Notes: a model not told the origin generated them from the letters alone. Counted from the first letter of the stretch, positions 1-10,402 are shown. The stretch: DNA of 64,000 nucleotides from Desulfobacterales bacterium (GCA_046485065.1 JAWOHP010000108.1:992-64991); one strand, 5' to 3'. Numbers and translations are program-made.

Positions 1-2131
1 AGAAGCCGGTGTCAGGCTCATAGGTCCCCATTCCTGGGGCATTCTCAATCCGATGGCAGATCTCAACGCGGGGTTTGCACGTCAAACCGTTTTTTCGGGA
101 GAACTGGCTGTCATTTCCCAGAGCAGCGCAATTTGTTCAACCATACTGGATCTTTCTTTGTGCCGAAAAATAGGCCTTTCTTTTCTGATCGGATTGGGGG
201 ATATGATCGATGTCGATTTTGCAGATTTCATAGACTACCTTACAAGCAGTTCGAGAGTCAGGGCTATTCTTCTGCATATTGAGACTCTTTCCAATCTTCG
301 CCAATTTATGTCTGCAGCCCGTGCAGCAGCGAGAATCAAGCCGATAATCGTTTTAAAAACCGATCGTCACCAGCCGGCATTCAGTATTGTACAAGAGCCA
401 ACTGCGGATCGGTTAAATGAGATCTCCATTTATGACGCGGCATTTAAACGGGCCGGAATAGTCCGGGTTGAGACAGTTGAAGGACTTTTTGATTGCGCTG
501 AACTGGTCAGTAAAAAAATAAGACCGAAAGGAGCCAACCTTTTAATTATTACCGACAGCAAAACTCCGGGAACCATGGCTATTGATGCGCTCCGTGACCG
601 TAGCGTTGTACCCGCCGTTTTAGACCATGCCGCAATTGCAAATATAGACCGGATTCTTTCTACAGGATGGAGCCGGAGCAATCCTGTATGCACAAGGTCG
701 GAACTTAAGCCGGAGATTTTTGTGCAGCTGGTATCATTTTGCCATTCTCTGCCCGATATGGATGGCGTTCTGATTATCCTTTCACCGCAAATTGCCAATC
801 CCGAATCGTTTAGCTCTGTTTTGAGTTTGTCACTGAAGGAGATAAAAATACCTGTTTTTGTCGCATGGATGGGAGGCGACAGTGTTGCTTCGGCCCGCAG
901 GATTTTAAATGATGCCGGAATCTCGACTAACGAGACACCTGAAAGAGCCGTAAGGGCTTTCATGTACCTGTACACCCATGATAGAAACCAGAAGCTCCTG
1001 CAGGAAATACCGCCGCGCATGACCGACTATAGATTCGATGATTCCAAACCCCGGCACATCATCATGTCTGCTATCGACAGGAAATCAGATTCACTCACAG
1101 AAATTGAATCACTGAATATTCTCAGTGCGTATGGTTTTCCTGTCATACCCGCTCAAACAGCCGGTTCTGAAAATGATGATGCATCGCTAAGAATGACATA
1201 TTCGCCCAACGGCAAACCTCCTGATTTCAGACTTATAATGGGTTCACGAATGATCCCTGATTTTGGTCCTGTTCTTTTTATCGGCCCGGGCGGGGGTATT
1301 GAAAAGATTTTCCGTGATTGGGCTACCGGCCTCCCACCATTGAATTCTATACTTGCCCGTCATATGCTGGAGTCTGCCCCCATCCTGATTCAGTTTATTG
1401 AGGCCAACAGCCGGGATATAAAATCGAGTTTGAGAATTTGCGAAGACTTGCTGATAAAACTTTCCCGCCTTGTTACCGATTTCCCTGAAATTGCGGCAAT
1501 AGATATTAATTCTCTGATATTTACTGAAAATCAGGCAGTTATGACTGATGCAAGAATTATCATTGCATCATCCTCAACTCTGTCACCTCTCCATCTCATC
1601 ATTAGTCCTTATCCAAATCAATATGAAACGACTGCTGTAACAAAAAAGGGAATAGCCATCCTTATTCGACCCATGAAACCCGAAGATGCGAATCTCCTTC
1701 AGGAACTCTGGTCCACATTTTCCTCCAGAACTCTTTATTACCGGTTCTCGAAACAGATAAAGGAACTTTCCGCCGAGCTTTTAGTCAGCCTAACTCAAAT
1801 CGATTATGACCGGGAGATCGCGCTGGTAGCTGTTCAGCAAAAGGAATCGGGAGAAAAAATGCTTGGCGTTGGGAGGCTGTACGGATCTATTGGAGCCGAG
1901 ATAGCGGAATTCAGCGTAGTCGTGGGCGATCCCTGGCAGGGGCTCGGTATCGGAGCGCAACTTCTTTCACGTCTTATTTATATAGCAACTGATCGTAAAA
2001 TAAAAACGATCTGGGGTATAATTCAGCGTGAAAATAAAAACATGATTGAACTCGCCCGAAAATTGGATTTTAAAATCATCGGAGAACCTGGAGATACACA
2101 GGTGGAAGCGACTCTGTCAATAATTCCGTAA
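1..2131 (+). CDS. Pat-like bifunctional protein: NDP-forming acyl-CoA synthetase-like domains plus C-terminal GNAT acetyltransferase (5' partial)
   Basis: The frame is open from the window edge (..EAGVRLIGPHSWGILNP precedes the first Met). It has a CoA-ligase/succinyl-CoA-synthetase-like flavodoxin domain and an ATP-grasp-like middle region. The C-terminal GNAT signature reads ..FSVVVGDPWQGLGIGAQLLSRLI.. Confidence 0.8.
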   Translation, partial: EAGVRLIGPHSWGILNPMADLNAGFARQTVFSGELAVISQSSAICSTILDLSLCRKIGLSFLIGLGDMIDVDFADFIDYLTSSSRVRAILLHIETLSNLRQFMSAARAAARIKPIIVLKTDRHQPAFSIVQEPTADRLNEISIYDAAFKRAGIVRVETVEGLFDCAELVSKKIRPKGANLLIITDSKTPGTMAIDALRDRSVVPAVLDHAAIANIDRILSTGWSRSNPVCTRSELKPEIFVQLVSFCHSLPDMDGVLIILSPQIANPESFSSVLSLSLKEIKIPVFVAWMGGDSVASARRILNDAGISTNETPERAVRAFMYLYTHDRNQKLLQEIPPRMTDYRFDDSKPRHIIMSAIDRKSDSLTEIESLNILSAYGFPVIPAQTAGSENDDASLRMTYSPNGKPPDFRLIMGSRMIPDFGPVLFIGPGGGIEKIFRDWATGLPPLNSILARHMLESAPILIQFIEANSRDIKSSLRICEDLLIKLSRLVTDFPEIAAIDINSLIFTENQAVMTDARIIIASSSTLSPLHLIISPYPNQYETTAVTKKGIAILIRPMKPEDANLLQELWSTFSSRTLYYRFSKQIKELSAELLVSLTQIDYDREIALVAVQQKESGEKMLGVGRLYGSIGAEIAEFSVVVGDPWQGLGIGAQLLSRLIYIATDRKIKTIWGIIQRENKNMIELARKLDFKIIGEPGDTQVEATLSIIP

Positions 2132-2164
2132 AAGCGGGAATATTCCCTATCTTTTAAATCAGAT

Positions 2165-5029
2165 CTATTGAACCAGTTTTTTATCTTTTAATACTTCGTT
2201 TAAAACTTTTCCCAATGCATGGGAATCAAAAGGTTTGGGCATCATGCCTTTGAAACCATATTTACGAAAATTTGACATGACCTTACTCTCGGAGTAACCG
2301 CTGAAAACTATCGCTTTGACTTCAGGATCAATTGCCAGAAGTATATTTATGGCTTCCTCTCCTCCCATCCCGCCCGGTATGGTCAGGTCAAGGATGACTG
2401 CATCATACGGCTTTTCAGATTTCATTGCTTTTCTGTACATCTCAATCGCTTCATTGCCGTCTTTTGCAAACTCTGATTCATAACCGAGCATAGCGAGCAT
2501 ATCCTTCGCCATCTCCTTAAGCAGCATATCATCATCCATCATAAGAATCTTACCATGGCCTTTTAGGATAACAGCTTCTTCTTTTACAGAAATCTCTTTG
2601 TCTGAAGCCGGCAGATACATATGAAAAGTTGTCCCTTCTCCGGGAGGAGAGTCTACGGAGATATGCCCGTTGTGTTTTTTGACGATGGAATAGGCCGTGG
2701 CAAGTCCAAGACCGCTTCCGGCACTCTTTGTTGTAAAATATGGATCGAATATTTTTGAAAGAAGCTTTTCGTCTATGCCCGTTCCCTTATCTTTAATCGA
2801 TATGTGTATGTATCGTCCGGGTTTGACCGGTATATCATGCATCATTTCCGGCATCATATTTTCTGCTTCAATCCGGATAATTCCTCCTTCCGGCATAGCC
2901 TGGTTTGCATTTATTGCAATATTGCTGATAACCTGGCTTATTTGCCCCAGGTCGGCCTCAACCGGCCAGAGGTTTTCCGCTATATGAAATTCGCATTCCG
3001 ATTTTGAACCCCTTATAACAAAGGTAGAAGATTCCCTGATGAGATTTTGAATTGAAGCAGTCTCCTTGATCGGCATTCCGCCTTTGGCAAAGGTAAGCAA
3101 CTGCCTGGTCAGACCCTGGGCCCTCATTGTGGCTGTTTCTGCAGCGTTCAACAGGTCAAATACCTTATGCTCGGTCTTCATCTGCATCTTTGCCATGGAA
3201 ATGTTTCCTGAAATTGAAGTCAGGATGTTATTAAAATCATGAGCTATACCTCCTGCAAGAATCCCGACTGATTCAAGTTTATCGGCCTTCAAAAGCTCCC
3301 CCTCCATTCTCTTGTGTTCGGTGATGTCTTGTAATGCAGCAACCATGCCGATTACCTTGTCCGAATCATTTTTCAGAGGTGCGGCGTTGATTGAAAGGAA
3401 TACGTGCCGACCGTCAGGCCATTCGATTCCATGTCTCACATTGTATACGGCAGCTCCTGTATTCATTACTATAGAAAAGGGTAATTTATCTTCGGGAAAA
3501 GGCCCTCCCGATTCATCAACAATATTCCATCTGGGATCATTATACACTCTCCCGGTTATTTCATTTTTTGTCAGTCCAAGAATCTTTTCAGCCGACAGGT
3601 TGGCAAATCTGATGGATCCATCGCTGTCGACCAGCGTGATTCCGACTGGACTCGTTTCGGTAATCCGCTCAAACAGGTCAAGCTGTTTTTTAAGCTCCTC
3701 CTCTGTCCGCTTGCGATCGGTGATATCTTCGAAGATCACGCAGAAGCGATCCTTTGTATTCCATGGACGATAGACGTTGCAATGATAGAATTTCTTCGTC
3801 GGATCGTGATACATGTCAAAAGTGCTGGCAACTCCAGTGACAGCAACTTCACCATATTTTTTTATCCACTCAGGTTCGGTTTCGGGCCATACTTCATGGA
3901 CTGTCTTGCCTTTTACTTCATCATTCTTTACACCAGTGATGCGCTCATAAGCGTCGTTGATATAGATAAATCTATAGCTTATAAAATTGCCTTTGTTATC
4001 GAAGACGGACTCGAAAAGGACGAAAGCGTTGATCATGCTTTTGAAGAGCCACTGAATCTCATCTCTGCTCTCACGCAACGCCTCTTCTGTCCGCTTGCGT
4101 TCGGTTACAACCGCAGCCAGAAAAAGCGATGGAACCGATATGATGGCCAGGTAGAATTGAAGGACAATCACGGCTCCTAATGGAGATTCGTGAAAACTGG
4201 ATATGTGTCCCATAACAGCAAATGTGATGAGAAACGCCGATAGTATGATCAAGACCGTGGTAACGCCGCGCATCTCTAAACGCAATGCCGCCCAAACCAG
4301 AAATGGAAAGGTCAAATAGGGGAGAAACATCGAGAAAAGGTTAGATGTTGACAGGTAGTTGAACAAAATAAAGTTCACAAGAGCCATTAGAATGAACAAA
4401 ACAACAACCTCAAAAGTTCTTTTCGTATTCCAGGTTGCCATTCTGATATTTATCCGGGATGACCAACTTAAAATGAAAGGAGTCACCAGAAGATTGCCAA
4501 TGCCACCGGCGGCTGCCCACCATTTCCATGAATCCCAGAAAGAGGTTCCAGGAACAAGGCCGGACGCCGCTGACGCTATCAACGACATCAAGCCGTTACT
4601 GAGAATGACTGCAAGTACTATAAACCAAAACACATCCCGAACTTTTCGGAACGTGATTGGCTCTCCCACGAAACGAATCAAAAGGTAGGAACTGAGGACC
4701 GCATCGCCGGTAAGTTCGAGTGCGTAGATTGCGCTTATGAGGAACTGTGTCCCGGTGAGCATCTCTGCAAGGAAGTCAGTGACAAAAAGAGTTGTCACGA
4801 GAAAGGGTCTTACGCTGCGCCTTGTCAACAGGATAGCCGAGAGGAAAATGCCCGAAGGCGGCCAGATGGCCGCAATGCCTTCCGGTTGGAATACAAGCGA
4901 CAGACTGAACCGGGCCACTAGGAAATAGAAGAGCGCAACGGATGTGATCCAAATAACATTTTTGCCGAAGGATAGACTGGAAAAGAAATACTGCGGTCGG
5001 CCATTCTCTTCGTTCATGCAATTCTCCAT
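2165..5029 (-). CDS. Hybrid sensor histidine kinase (MASE1 membrane domain, 2 PAS, HisKA, HATPase, C-terminal receiver)
   Basis: The N-terminus is polytopic and hydrophobic with IAAIWPPSGI (MASE1-like). PAS-like repeats are each followed by TERKRTEE/TDRKRTEE linkers. H-box GIAHDFNN, G-boxes GTGI / GSGLGL, and receiver KILMMDDD...DAVILDLTIPGGMGG. Confidence 0.9.
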   Translation of the reverse strand: MENCMNEENGRPQYFFSSLSFGKNVIWITSVALFYFLVARFSLSLVFQPEGIAAIWPPSGIFLSAILLTRRSVRPFLVTTLFVTDFLAEMLTGTQFLISAIYALELTGDAVLSSYLLIRFVGEPITFRKVRDVFWFIVLAVILSNGLMSLIASAASGLVPGTSFWDSWKWWAAAGGIGNLLVTPFILSWSSRINIRMATWNTKRTFEVVVLFILMALVNFILFNYLSTSNLFSMFLPYLTFPFLVWAALRLEMRGVTTVLIILSAFLITFAVMGHISSFHESPLGAVIVLQFYLAIISVPSLFLAAVVTERKRTEEALRESRDEIQWLFKSMINAFVLFESVFDNKGNFISYRFIYINDAYERITGVKNDEVKGKTVHEVWPETEPEWIKKYGEVAVTGVASTFDMYHDPTKKFYHCNVYRPWNTKDRFCVIFEDITDRKRTEEELKKQLDLFERITETSPVGITLVDSDGSIRFANLSAEKILGLTKNEITGRVYNDPRWNIVDESGGPFPEDKLPFSIVMNTGAAVYNVRHGIEWPDGRHVFLSINAAPLKNDSDKVIGMVAALQDITEHKRMEGELLKADKLESVGILAGGIAHDFNNILTSISGNISMAKMQMKTEHKVFDLLNAAETATMRAQGLTRQLLTFAKGGMPIKETASIQNLIRESSTFVIRGSKSECEFHIAENLWPVEADLGQISQVISNIAINANQAMPEGGIIRIEAENMMPEMMHDIPVKPGRYIHISIKDKGTGIDEKLLSKIFDPYFTTKSAGSGLGLATAYSIVKKHNGHISVDSPPGEGTTFHMYLPASDKEISVKEEAVILKGHGKILMMDDDMLLKEMAKDMLAMLGYESEFAKDGNEAIEMYRKAMKSEKPYDAVILDLTIPGGMGGEEAINILLAIDPEVKAIVFSGYSESKVMSNFRKYGFKGMMPKPFDSHALGKVLNEVLKDKKLVQ

Positions 5030-5197
5030 TCTGCTGAAAGAATTGACTTTTATTTATTTCTGATTCATCCATTACTATTTGTATTTTAAATATACAACAA
5101 AAAAACTGTTACTGACTTTTTATAAGACCAGCAGCAATGATATCATTGACTTTTAGATATTATTGTGAAATTAAAACAAAATATACCGGTTACCGTT

Positions 5198-5206
5198 TGT
5201 TATAAT
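5198..5206 (+). promoter_or_regulatory. Candidate extended -10 promoter (TGTTATAAT) for the nuoE-like cluster
   Basis: TGnTATAAT lies 32 nt upstream of the ATG at 5238. No good -35 was seen. Confidence 0.35.
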
Positions 5207-5237
5207 ATATTGAATGTATATTTTATGGAGACTTAAT

Positions 5238-5726
5238 ATGAACGAAGATTTTCAACATCCTGATATTACACAAGATATGTTAGCAAAAATGAACGATATT
5301 ATTTCTACAAACAGGAATAAATCCGGTGCTTCGATAACCGTATTGAGAGAGTGTCAGAACATTGTTGGTTATCTTCCGGTTGAAATTATTGATTATATAA
5401 GCAAAGGGTTAAATATTCCCTCAAGCGAACTTTTTGGTGTTGCCTCATTTTATTCCCTCTTTTCAATGATTCCCAAAGGTAAAAACACAATAAGAATATG
5501 CCTTGGAACTGCCTGTTATGTTAAGGGAATTAAAGAGGTGCTTGAGAGGATAAGCAATCAATACAAAATAAAAGAGGGAGAAACTACTTCGGACAGGCGC
5601 TTTTCGCTTGAAACCGTCCGATGTTTAGGCGCCTGCGGGCTTGCTCCCGTCATGGTTATCAACCAGGATATTCATGGCGCCATGAGTTCGGACATTGTCT
5701 TGAATGTTCTTGACAGATATAAGTGA
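5238..5726 (+). CDS. NuoE/HydC/HndA-like thioredoxin-fold [2Fe-2S] subunit
   Basis: Cys pattern C-x4-C (RICLGTAC) ... C-x3-C (CLGACGLAP), typical of NuoE. The start was moved to the ATG at 5238, which has a GGAG 8 nt upstream. The track start at 5214 lacks an SD. Confidence 0.85.
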   Translation: MNEDFQHPDITQDMLAKMNDIISTNRNKSGASITVLRECQNIVGYLPVEIIDYISKGLNIPSSELFGVASFYSLFSMIPKGKNTIRICLGTACYVKGIKEVLERISNQYKIKEGETTSDRRFSLETVRCLGACGLAPVMVINQDIHGAMSSDIVLNVLDRYK

Positions 5727-5888
5727 CGGCTTCGTAAAAAGTCATTCTGCCGTGTTGCGCTTAATCCCCGCCCTGTTGAATAACAGCAGGGCTGATTCAA
5801 CAGGGTGAATCATTGCAGCGTAATTAAATGTACGCTTCATTCCTCAAGCTTCGTGCACCTTGCATAATGAGCTTTTTACTTTGCCGTC
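5724..5888 (+). repeat. MITE-like element, family 'GACGGCTTCGTAAAAAG' (copy A, complete with terminal inverted repeats)
   Basis: Left end GACGGCTTCGTAAAAAGTC, right end AGCTTTTTACTTTGCCGTC (its inverted repeat). Internal perfect 11-bp IR CCCTGTTGAAT/ATTCAACAGGG. It overlaps the nuoE-like TGA stop. Confidence 0.75.
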
Positions 5889-5939
5889 TTAAACATGACT
5901 TCTCTTTGAGTCCATTAAAGATGAAAGCGGTTTGTTAAT

Positions 5940-6293
5940 ATGAAAATATCAGAGATTAAAGAGATACTTAAAGCGTCCGTTATTACAGGCGATGATCAGC
6001 TTGATAAAACCGTTGTAGCAGGAGGCAGCGCTGATCTTATGGATGATGTCCTGTCCGCAATAGCGAAAAACGGCCTGCTTCTTACCGGTCTTACAACAGA
6101 AGATGTTATTACAACCTCACAGTTAGCCGGTGTCGCTGCAATTGTGTTTGTAAGGGGTAAGAAACCCGATGAACAGATAGTAAATCTGGCAAAATCGTAT
6201 AACCTTCCTCTGTTGCTCACCAGGTATTCCCTCTTTGTTGCTAGCGGGAGGCTTTACATGAATGGTCTAAGAGGACTCGACGGGTCCTGGTAG
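5940..6293 (+). CDS. DRTGG domain protein
   Basis: About 117 aa with ..LLLTGLTTEDVITTSQLAGVAAIVFVRGKKP.., which resembles DRTGG-domain proteins that accompany NuoE/NuoF-type genes in hydrogenase-like clusters. Confidence 0.65.
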   Translation: MKISEIKEILKASVITGDDQLDKTVVAGGSADLMDDVLSAIAKNGLLLTGLTTEDVITTSQLAGVAAIVFVRGKKPDEQIVNLAKSYNLPLLLTRYSLFVASGRLYMNGLRGLDGSW

Positions 6294-6342
6294 GCAAATT
6301 GGAACGGTTTTGTTACATTAAGGAATATTGCGGGAGATTTAA

Positions 6343-8130
6343 ATGAACAAAATAAGAACCCAGTTAATGCTTTGCGGAGGTACAGGCTGTCATTCCACGG
6401 GGAGCATAGCCGTGAAGGAAGCTATTAACAATGAACTGACACGCCATGGCCTTAATGAAGAGATTCAGATTATTGAAACGGGATGCAACGGGTTTTGCGC
6501 TTTAGGCCCTGTTATGCTGGTACATCCGGAGGGGATTTTTTACCAGAAGCTCACATTGGAAGAGATTCCCAAACTTGTTGAAGAGCATTTCCTTAAAGGG
6601 CGTCCGTATAAAAAACTCCAGTACGTGGAGCCGGCTTCTAAAGAGACTATTCCTATCATGCATGATATCCCTTTTTTTGCGCACCAGATGTTCTGGGTTA
6701 TGCGTAACAAGGGAATTATTGATCCCGAGGTCATTGATGAATACATAGCGCGGGACGGTTATTTCGGGGTCGCAAAAGCTCTTAAGGAGATGACTCCCGA
6801 CCAGATAATAGAAGAGGTAAAAACCTCAGGCATAAGGGGCAGGGGAGGCGCCGGTTTCCCGACCGGTCTGAAATGGCAGTTTGCCAAAGCGAGTCCCGGT
6901 GATGTCAAGTATGTCCTCTGCAATGCCGATGAAGGAGATCCAGGCGCTTTCATGGACAGAAGCGTTCTTGAAGCCGATCCTCATGCCGTTCTCGAAGGAA
7001 TGATTATTGCCGCAAAAGCCATAAATTCGCACCAGGGTTATATTTACGTGAGGACCGAGTATCCGCTTGCCATAAAGAGGCTTGAAATAGCGATAAGACA
7101 GGCAAGGGAATACGGACTCCTTGGAAATGACATACTGGGTTCAGGTTTTGATTTTGACATTGAAATATATCAGGGCGCGGGAGCGTTCGTGTGCGGTGAA
7201 GAGACGGCCCTGATGCGCTCAATAGAGGGTAAGCGAGGTATGCCCCGGCCCCGGCCTCCTTTTCCTGCGCATAAAGGACTGTGGGAGAAACCGAGCATAT
7301 TGAACAATGTGGAAACACTGGCAAACATAGCCCAGATTATAGTAAACGGCGGGAAATGGTATGCGAGTGTCGGAACTGAAACTAGCAAGGGAACGAAAGT
7401 ATTCGCCCTGTCAGGCGCTGTGAACAATATCGGTCTTGTTGAAGTTCCCATGGGGACGACTTTGAGGACTATCATATACGACATCGGAGGAGGCATTCCG
7501 AAAAAAAAGAAGTTCAAGGCGGTTCAGCTTGGCGGTCCTTCGGGAGGTTGTGTGCCTGAGGAATATCTTGATACTCCTGTCGATTATGAGGCAATAGCTA
7601 AAGTTGGAGCAATCATGGGCTCCGGAGGTGCTATTGTCATGGATGAAAGCACCTGCATGGTTGATATGGCCCGCTTTTTCATGGATTTTATCCAGGATGA
7701 ATCCTGCGGGAAATGCACCCCATGCCGTGAGGGAACTCGCCGTATTCTGGAAATCTTAAATAAAATATGTGATGGAAAAGGTGAACCGGAAGATATCGAA
7801 ACCCTCAAAGAACTTTCATATACCATAAAAGATTCGGCCTTATGCGGTCTTGGCCAGACAGGCCCGAATCCCGTATTGTCAACTTTGAGATATTTCATTG
7901 ATGAGTACAACGCTCATATTTTTGAAAAGAGATGTCCTGCAAAACGCTGCGTCGCTCTTTTAAAGTTTGAAATAGATCCTGAAATATGCACAAAATGCGG
8001 TCTCTGTTTCAAGAGTTGTCCTTCGAATGCAATTGAATGGAAAAAGAAAGAAGTTGCAAAGATAGACAAGAGCAAGTGCGTGAAATGCCTGACCTGTTTT
8101 GACAGGTGTAGATTCGGCGCTATTTTTTAG
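6343..8130 (+). CDS. NuoF/HydB/HndC-like NAD(P)H-binding flavoprotein with N-terminal [2Fe-2S] and C-terminal 2x[4Fe-4S] domains
   Basis: GRGGAGFPTGLKW (FMN/NADH site), ESCGKCTPCREG (N3 cluster), N-terminal CGGTGC...CNGFC, and C-terminal CTKCGLCFKSCP and CVKCLTCFDRC ferredoxin motifs. Confidence 0.92.
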   Translation: MNKIRTQLMLCGGTGCHSTGSIAVKEAINNELTRHGLNEEIQIIETGCNGFCALGPVMLVHPEGIFYQKLTLEEIPKLVEEHFLKGRPYKKLQYVEPASKETIPIMHDIPFFAHQMFWVMRNKGIIDPEVIDEYIARDGYFGVAKALKEMTPDQIIEEVKTSGIRGRGGAGFPTGLKWQFAKASPGDVKYVLCNADEGDPGAFMDRSVLEADPHAVLEGMIIAAKAINSHQGYIYVRTEYPLAIKRLEIAIRQAREYGLLGNDILGSGFDFDIEIYQGAGAFVCGEETALMRSIEGKRGMPRPRPPFPAHKGLWEKPSILNNVETLANIAQIIVNGGKWYASVGTETSKGTKVFALSGAVNNIGLVEVPMGTTLRTIIYDIGGGIPKKKKFKAVQLGGPSGGCVPEEYLDTPVDYEAIAKVGAIMGSGGAIVMDESTCMVDMARFFMDFIQDESCGKCTPCREGTRRILEILNKICDGKGEPEDIETLKELSYTIKDSALCGLGQTGPNPVLSTLRYFIDEYNAHIFEKRCPAKRCVALLKFEIDPEICTKCGLCFKSCPSNAIEWKKKEVAKIDKSKCVKCLTCFDRCRFGAIF

Positions 8131-8186
8131 GTAGCGCTTCCAACGAACTCGTCAATAGTGAACGGCATAAGTTTTTATACATTTAT

Positions 8187-8266
8187 CTCACCCTCACCTT
8201 TGTCCCTCCCCTCAAGGGAGGGGAATTATTCCATCTCCCCCTGTGGGAGAAGGGTAGGGTTAGGGG
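8187..8266 (+). repeat. GC-rich double-hairpin intergenic repeat ('GGGAGAAGGGTAGGGTTAGGG' type)
   Basis: CCCCTC-aagg-GAGGGG and TCTCCC-cctgt-GGGAGA hairpins followed by AGGGTAGGGTTAGGGG. A shorter inverted copy lies at 11949-11985. Confidence 0.7.
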
Positions 8267-8329
8267 AAAATAGATTGCGAATGAGAATTATTTAAAACTC
8301 TCAAATAAAACGCCCGTGGAGAGAAAATC

Positions 8330-10393
8330 ATGTATGAAGCCATTTTAATGATGGGAGGCCTTGGTCTCGGGGTAGGTGTCTGCCTGGCCGTGGCATCCAA
8401 GGTATTTTATGTGTATGTTGATCCGTTGATCGAGGCTGTTGAAGGCGCGCTCCCGGGAGCAAATTGCGGCGGATGCGGTTTCCCGGGTTGCAGTGCAAAT
8501 GCCCAGGCCATAGTGGAAGGAAAATCAACCCCTGGTTCATGTGTTGCAGGTGGATCTGAGATCGGCGAAGCAATCGCAAAAATCATGGGAGTTTCATTTG
8601 AAGCAAGAGAACCTGATATATCAAGGCCGGGATGTACATATGGCGTTGAAAAGGCGGATACTAAATTCATATATGACGGTTTAAACGACTGCAGGGCTGC
8701 CGTTCTCCTGAGCGGAGGGATGAAGGTATGCAATATCGGCTGTATCGGGCTCGGAAGCTGTAAAAATGCATGCACATTCGGCGCAATTACAATGGGAAAA
8801 GACGGTCTTCCGGTTGTTGACAAGAAGTTATGTACGGGATGCGGGGCCTGTGAGCGGGTCTGCCCGAAGCATATAATCACACTTTCATCTGTTACAAGAC
8901 GCATTTTGCACGAATATACTACTGAAGATTGCACAACACCCTGCCAGAGAAGCTGTCCCGCCGGGATAGATATCAGGGAGTACATCAGGCAGATTGAACT
9001 GAAAGATTATCACAGGGCTGTTCAGATCATCAAGGAGAGAAATCCTTTTCCTACCGTTATAGGAAGAATCTGCCCGCGTCCGTGCGAGTTAAATTGCAGA
9101 CGAAAGCTTGTTGATGAACCTGTAGCTATCAATTATCTGAAACGTTTTGCATCCGATTATGAGAAAGAGAGCGGAGAAAGAATACTTCCCTACAAAGCGC
9201 CGTCGACAGGCAGAAAGCTTGCCGTTATTGGCGGCGGGGCTGAAGGCCTGTCCGCGGCTTTCTTTTCCGCCCGCCTTGGGCACGAGGCGGTTGTTTTTGA
9301 AGCATCGGAAAAACTAGGAGGACTACTCAGGAGCGCTATAGCATCAGTCAGGCTCCCTCATGAAGTGCTTGACTGGGATATTGATGGAATTATTGAGATG
9401 GGTGTTACTGCTAGAACAGACATGTTGCTTGGGAGGGATTACACGATAAGTTCTCTATTGTCTGAAGGACACGAGGCCGTTTTTGTTGCGACAGGCGGTT
9501 GGGACAGCAGGCTGGCGAGAGGAATGACAGGAGCTCCCGGAGAAGAGATTCCTGGTTGTTCTCTTCTGATCGATTTCATGAAAAATGTAATGGATGTTAA
9601 TTTTAAGCATGGACACGGTGTTCCATTCGGGAAAGATATAGTTATCGCAGGAGGAGACAAGCTCGCAATAGAGGCGGCCGGGATTTGCAGGAAATTAGGG
9701 GCTGAAAGAGTTACTATAATGTTCAGAGAATCAAAAGATGAGATACAGTTTAAGGAAATCGATTTTGACGCGAAAGAGCTTGAAGGCGTCAATGTTATAT
9801 TCAGGTCAGGTATTGTCCGCATTTTCGGAGAGGATAACGAATTAAAGCAGCTTGAATACGTAGATCTTGATTCACTGGATATTAAAATGATTCCTTCTTC
9901 CAGGTTGATTATGGCTTCTGCACGTTTCCCGGAACTTATTTTCAGGAAAACGAAAACAGGGGCTCCTGAAGAACCGGATCAGACAGAAGTTTACTGGGAG
10001 GGATCCGAAACATATAAACAGCCTGCTTTCAGGAATGAAACAGGGTTTTTTGCAGATGGTGATGTATTGAGTGATTTCAGCGGCGCAATAAGAGCAATAG
10101 GGGCAGGAAGGAGAGCCGCGGCTTCAATTCATAAAATGATGTATGGCACACCGATCGTACTTTCGGAAAAAGTATTAACCTTCGAATCCATTATACAGGA
10201 TGTTGCGGCGGTTGAAAATGTTAATAAAAGCCTTCGCCAGATTATGCCACTCAGCAGTGTAAAAGAGCTTTCCAGAGGCGGAGAAGCGGAAAAAGGCTTC
10301 ACTGAAGAAATGGCGGGAAAGGAAGCATCAAGGTGTCTAAAGTGCGGCCTTATCTGCTATGAGAAATCCGGATTATCCCAAGAGGTCGGATAG
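8330..10393 (+). CDS. Fusion protein: RnfB-like (N-terminal TM helix, CGGCGFPGC Fe-S domain, 2x[4Fe-4S]) plus GltD/NfnB-like NAD(P)H:FAD oxidoreductase
   Basis: The N-terminus MYEAILMMGGLGLGVGVCLAVASKVF (TM) followed by LPGANCGGCGFPGCSANAQ is RnfB-like. CTGCGACERVCP is a ferredoxin motif. CPAGIDIREYI...GRICPRPCELNCRR is the GltD N-terminal Fe-S domain. VIGGGAEGLSAA and IVIAGGDKLAIEAA are two Rossmann dinucleotide sites. Confidence 0.85.
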   Translation: MYEAILMMGGLGLGVGVCLAVASKVFYVYVDPLIEAVEGALPGANCGGCGFPGCSANAQAIVEGKSTPGSCVAGGSEIGEAIAKIMGVSFEAREPDISRPGCTYGVEKADTKFIYDGLNDCRAAVLLSGGMKVCNIGCIGLGSCKNACTFGAITMGKDGLPVVDKKLCTGCGACERVCPKHIITLSSVTRRILHEYTTEDCTTPCQRSCPAGIDIREYIRQIELKDYHRAVQIIKERNPFPTVIGRICPRPCELNCRRKLVDEPVAINYLKRFASDYEKESGERILPYKAPSTGRKLAVIGGGAEGLSAAFFSARLGHEAVVFEASEKLGGLLRSAIASVRLPHEVLDWDIDGIIEMGVTARTDMLLGRDYTISSLLSEGHEAVFVATGGWDSRLARGMTGAPGEEIPGCSLLIDFMKNVMDVNFKHGHGVPFGKDIVIAGGDKLAIEAAGICRKLGAERVTIMFRESKDEIQFKEIDFDAKELEGVNVIFRSGIVRIFGEDNELKQLEYVDLDSLDIKMIPSSRLIMASARFPELIFRKTKTGAPEEPDQTEVYWEGSETYKQPAFRNETGFFADGDVLSDFSGAIRAIGAGRRAAASIHKMMYGTPIVLSEKVLTFESIIQDVAAVENVNKSLRQIMPLSSVKELSRGGEAEKGFTEEMAGKEASRCLKCGLICYEKSGLSQEVG

Positions 10394-10402
10394 GGTGGTA
10401 TT

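Noticed and set aside
430-1020. Antisense 'shadow' ORFs inside well-supported genes. Examples are 430..1020(-), 8407..8985(-), 26441..27040(-), 27653..28156(-), 28678..29094(-), 41881..42321(-) and 58692..59191(+), and there are many shorter ones in the track.
   Set aside because: Each lies fully within a long ORF on the other strand that carries clear family motifs. None has a recognisable motif or an SD-preceded start, and the translated sequences are low-complexity, Ser/Arg/Leu-rich and typical of antisense frames.
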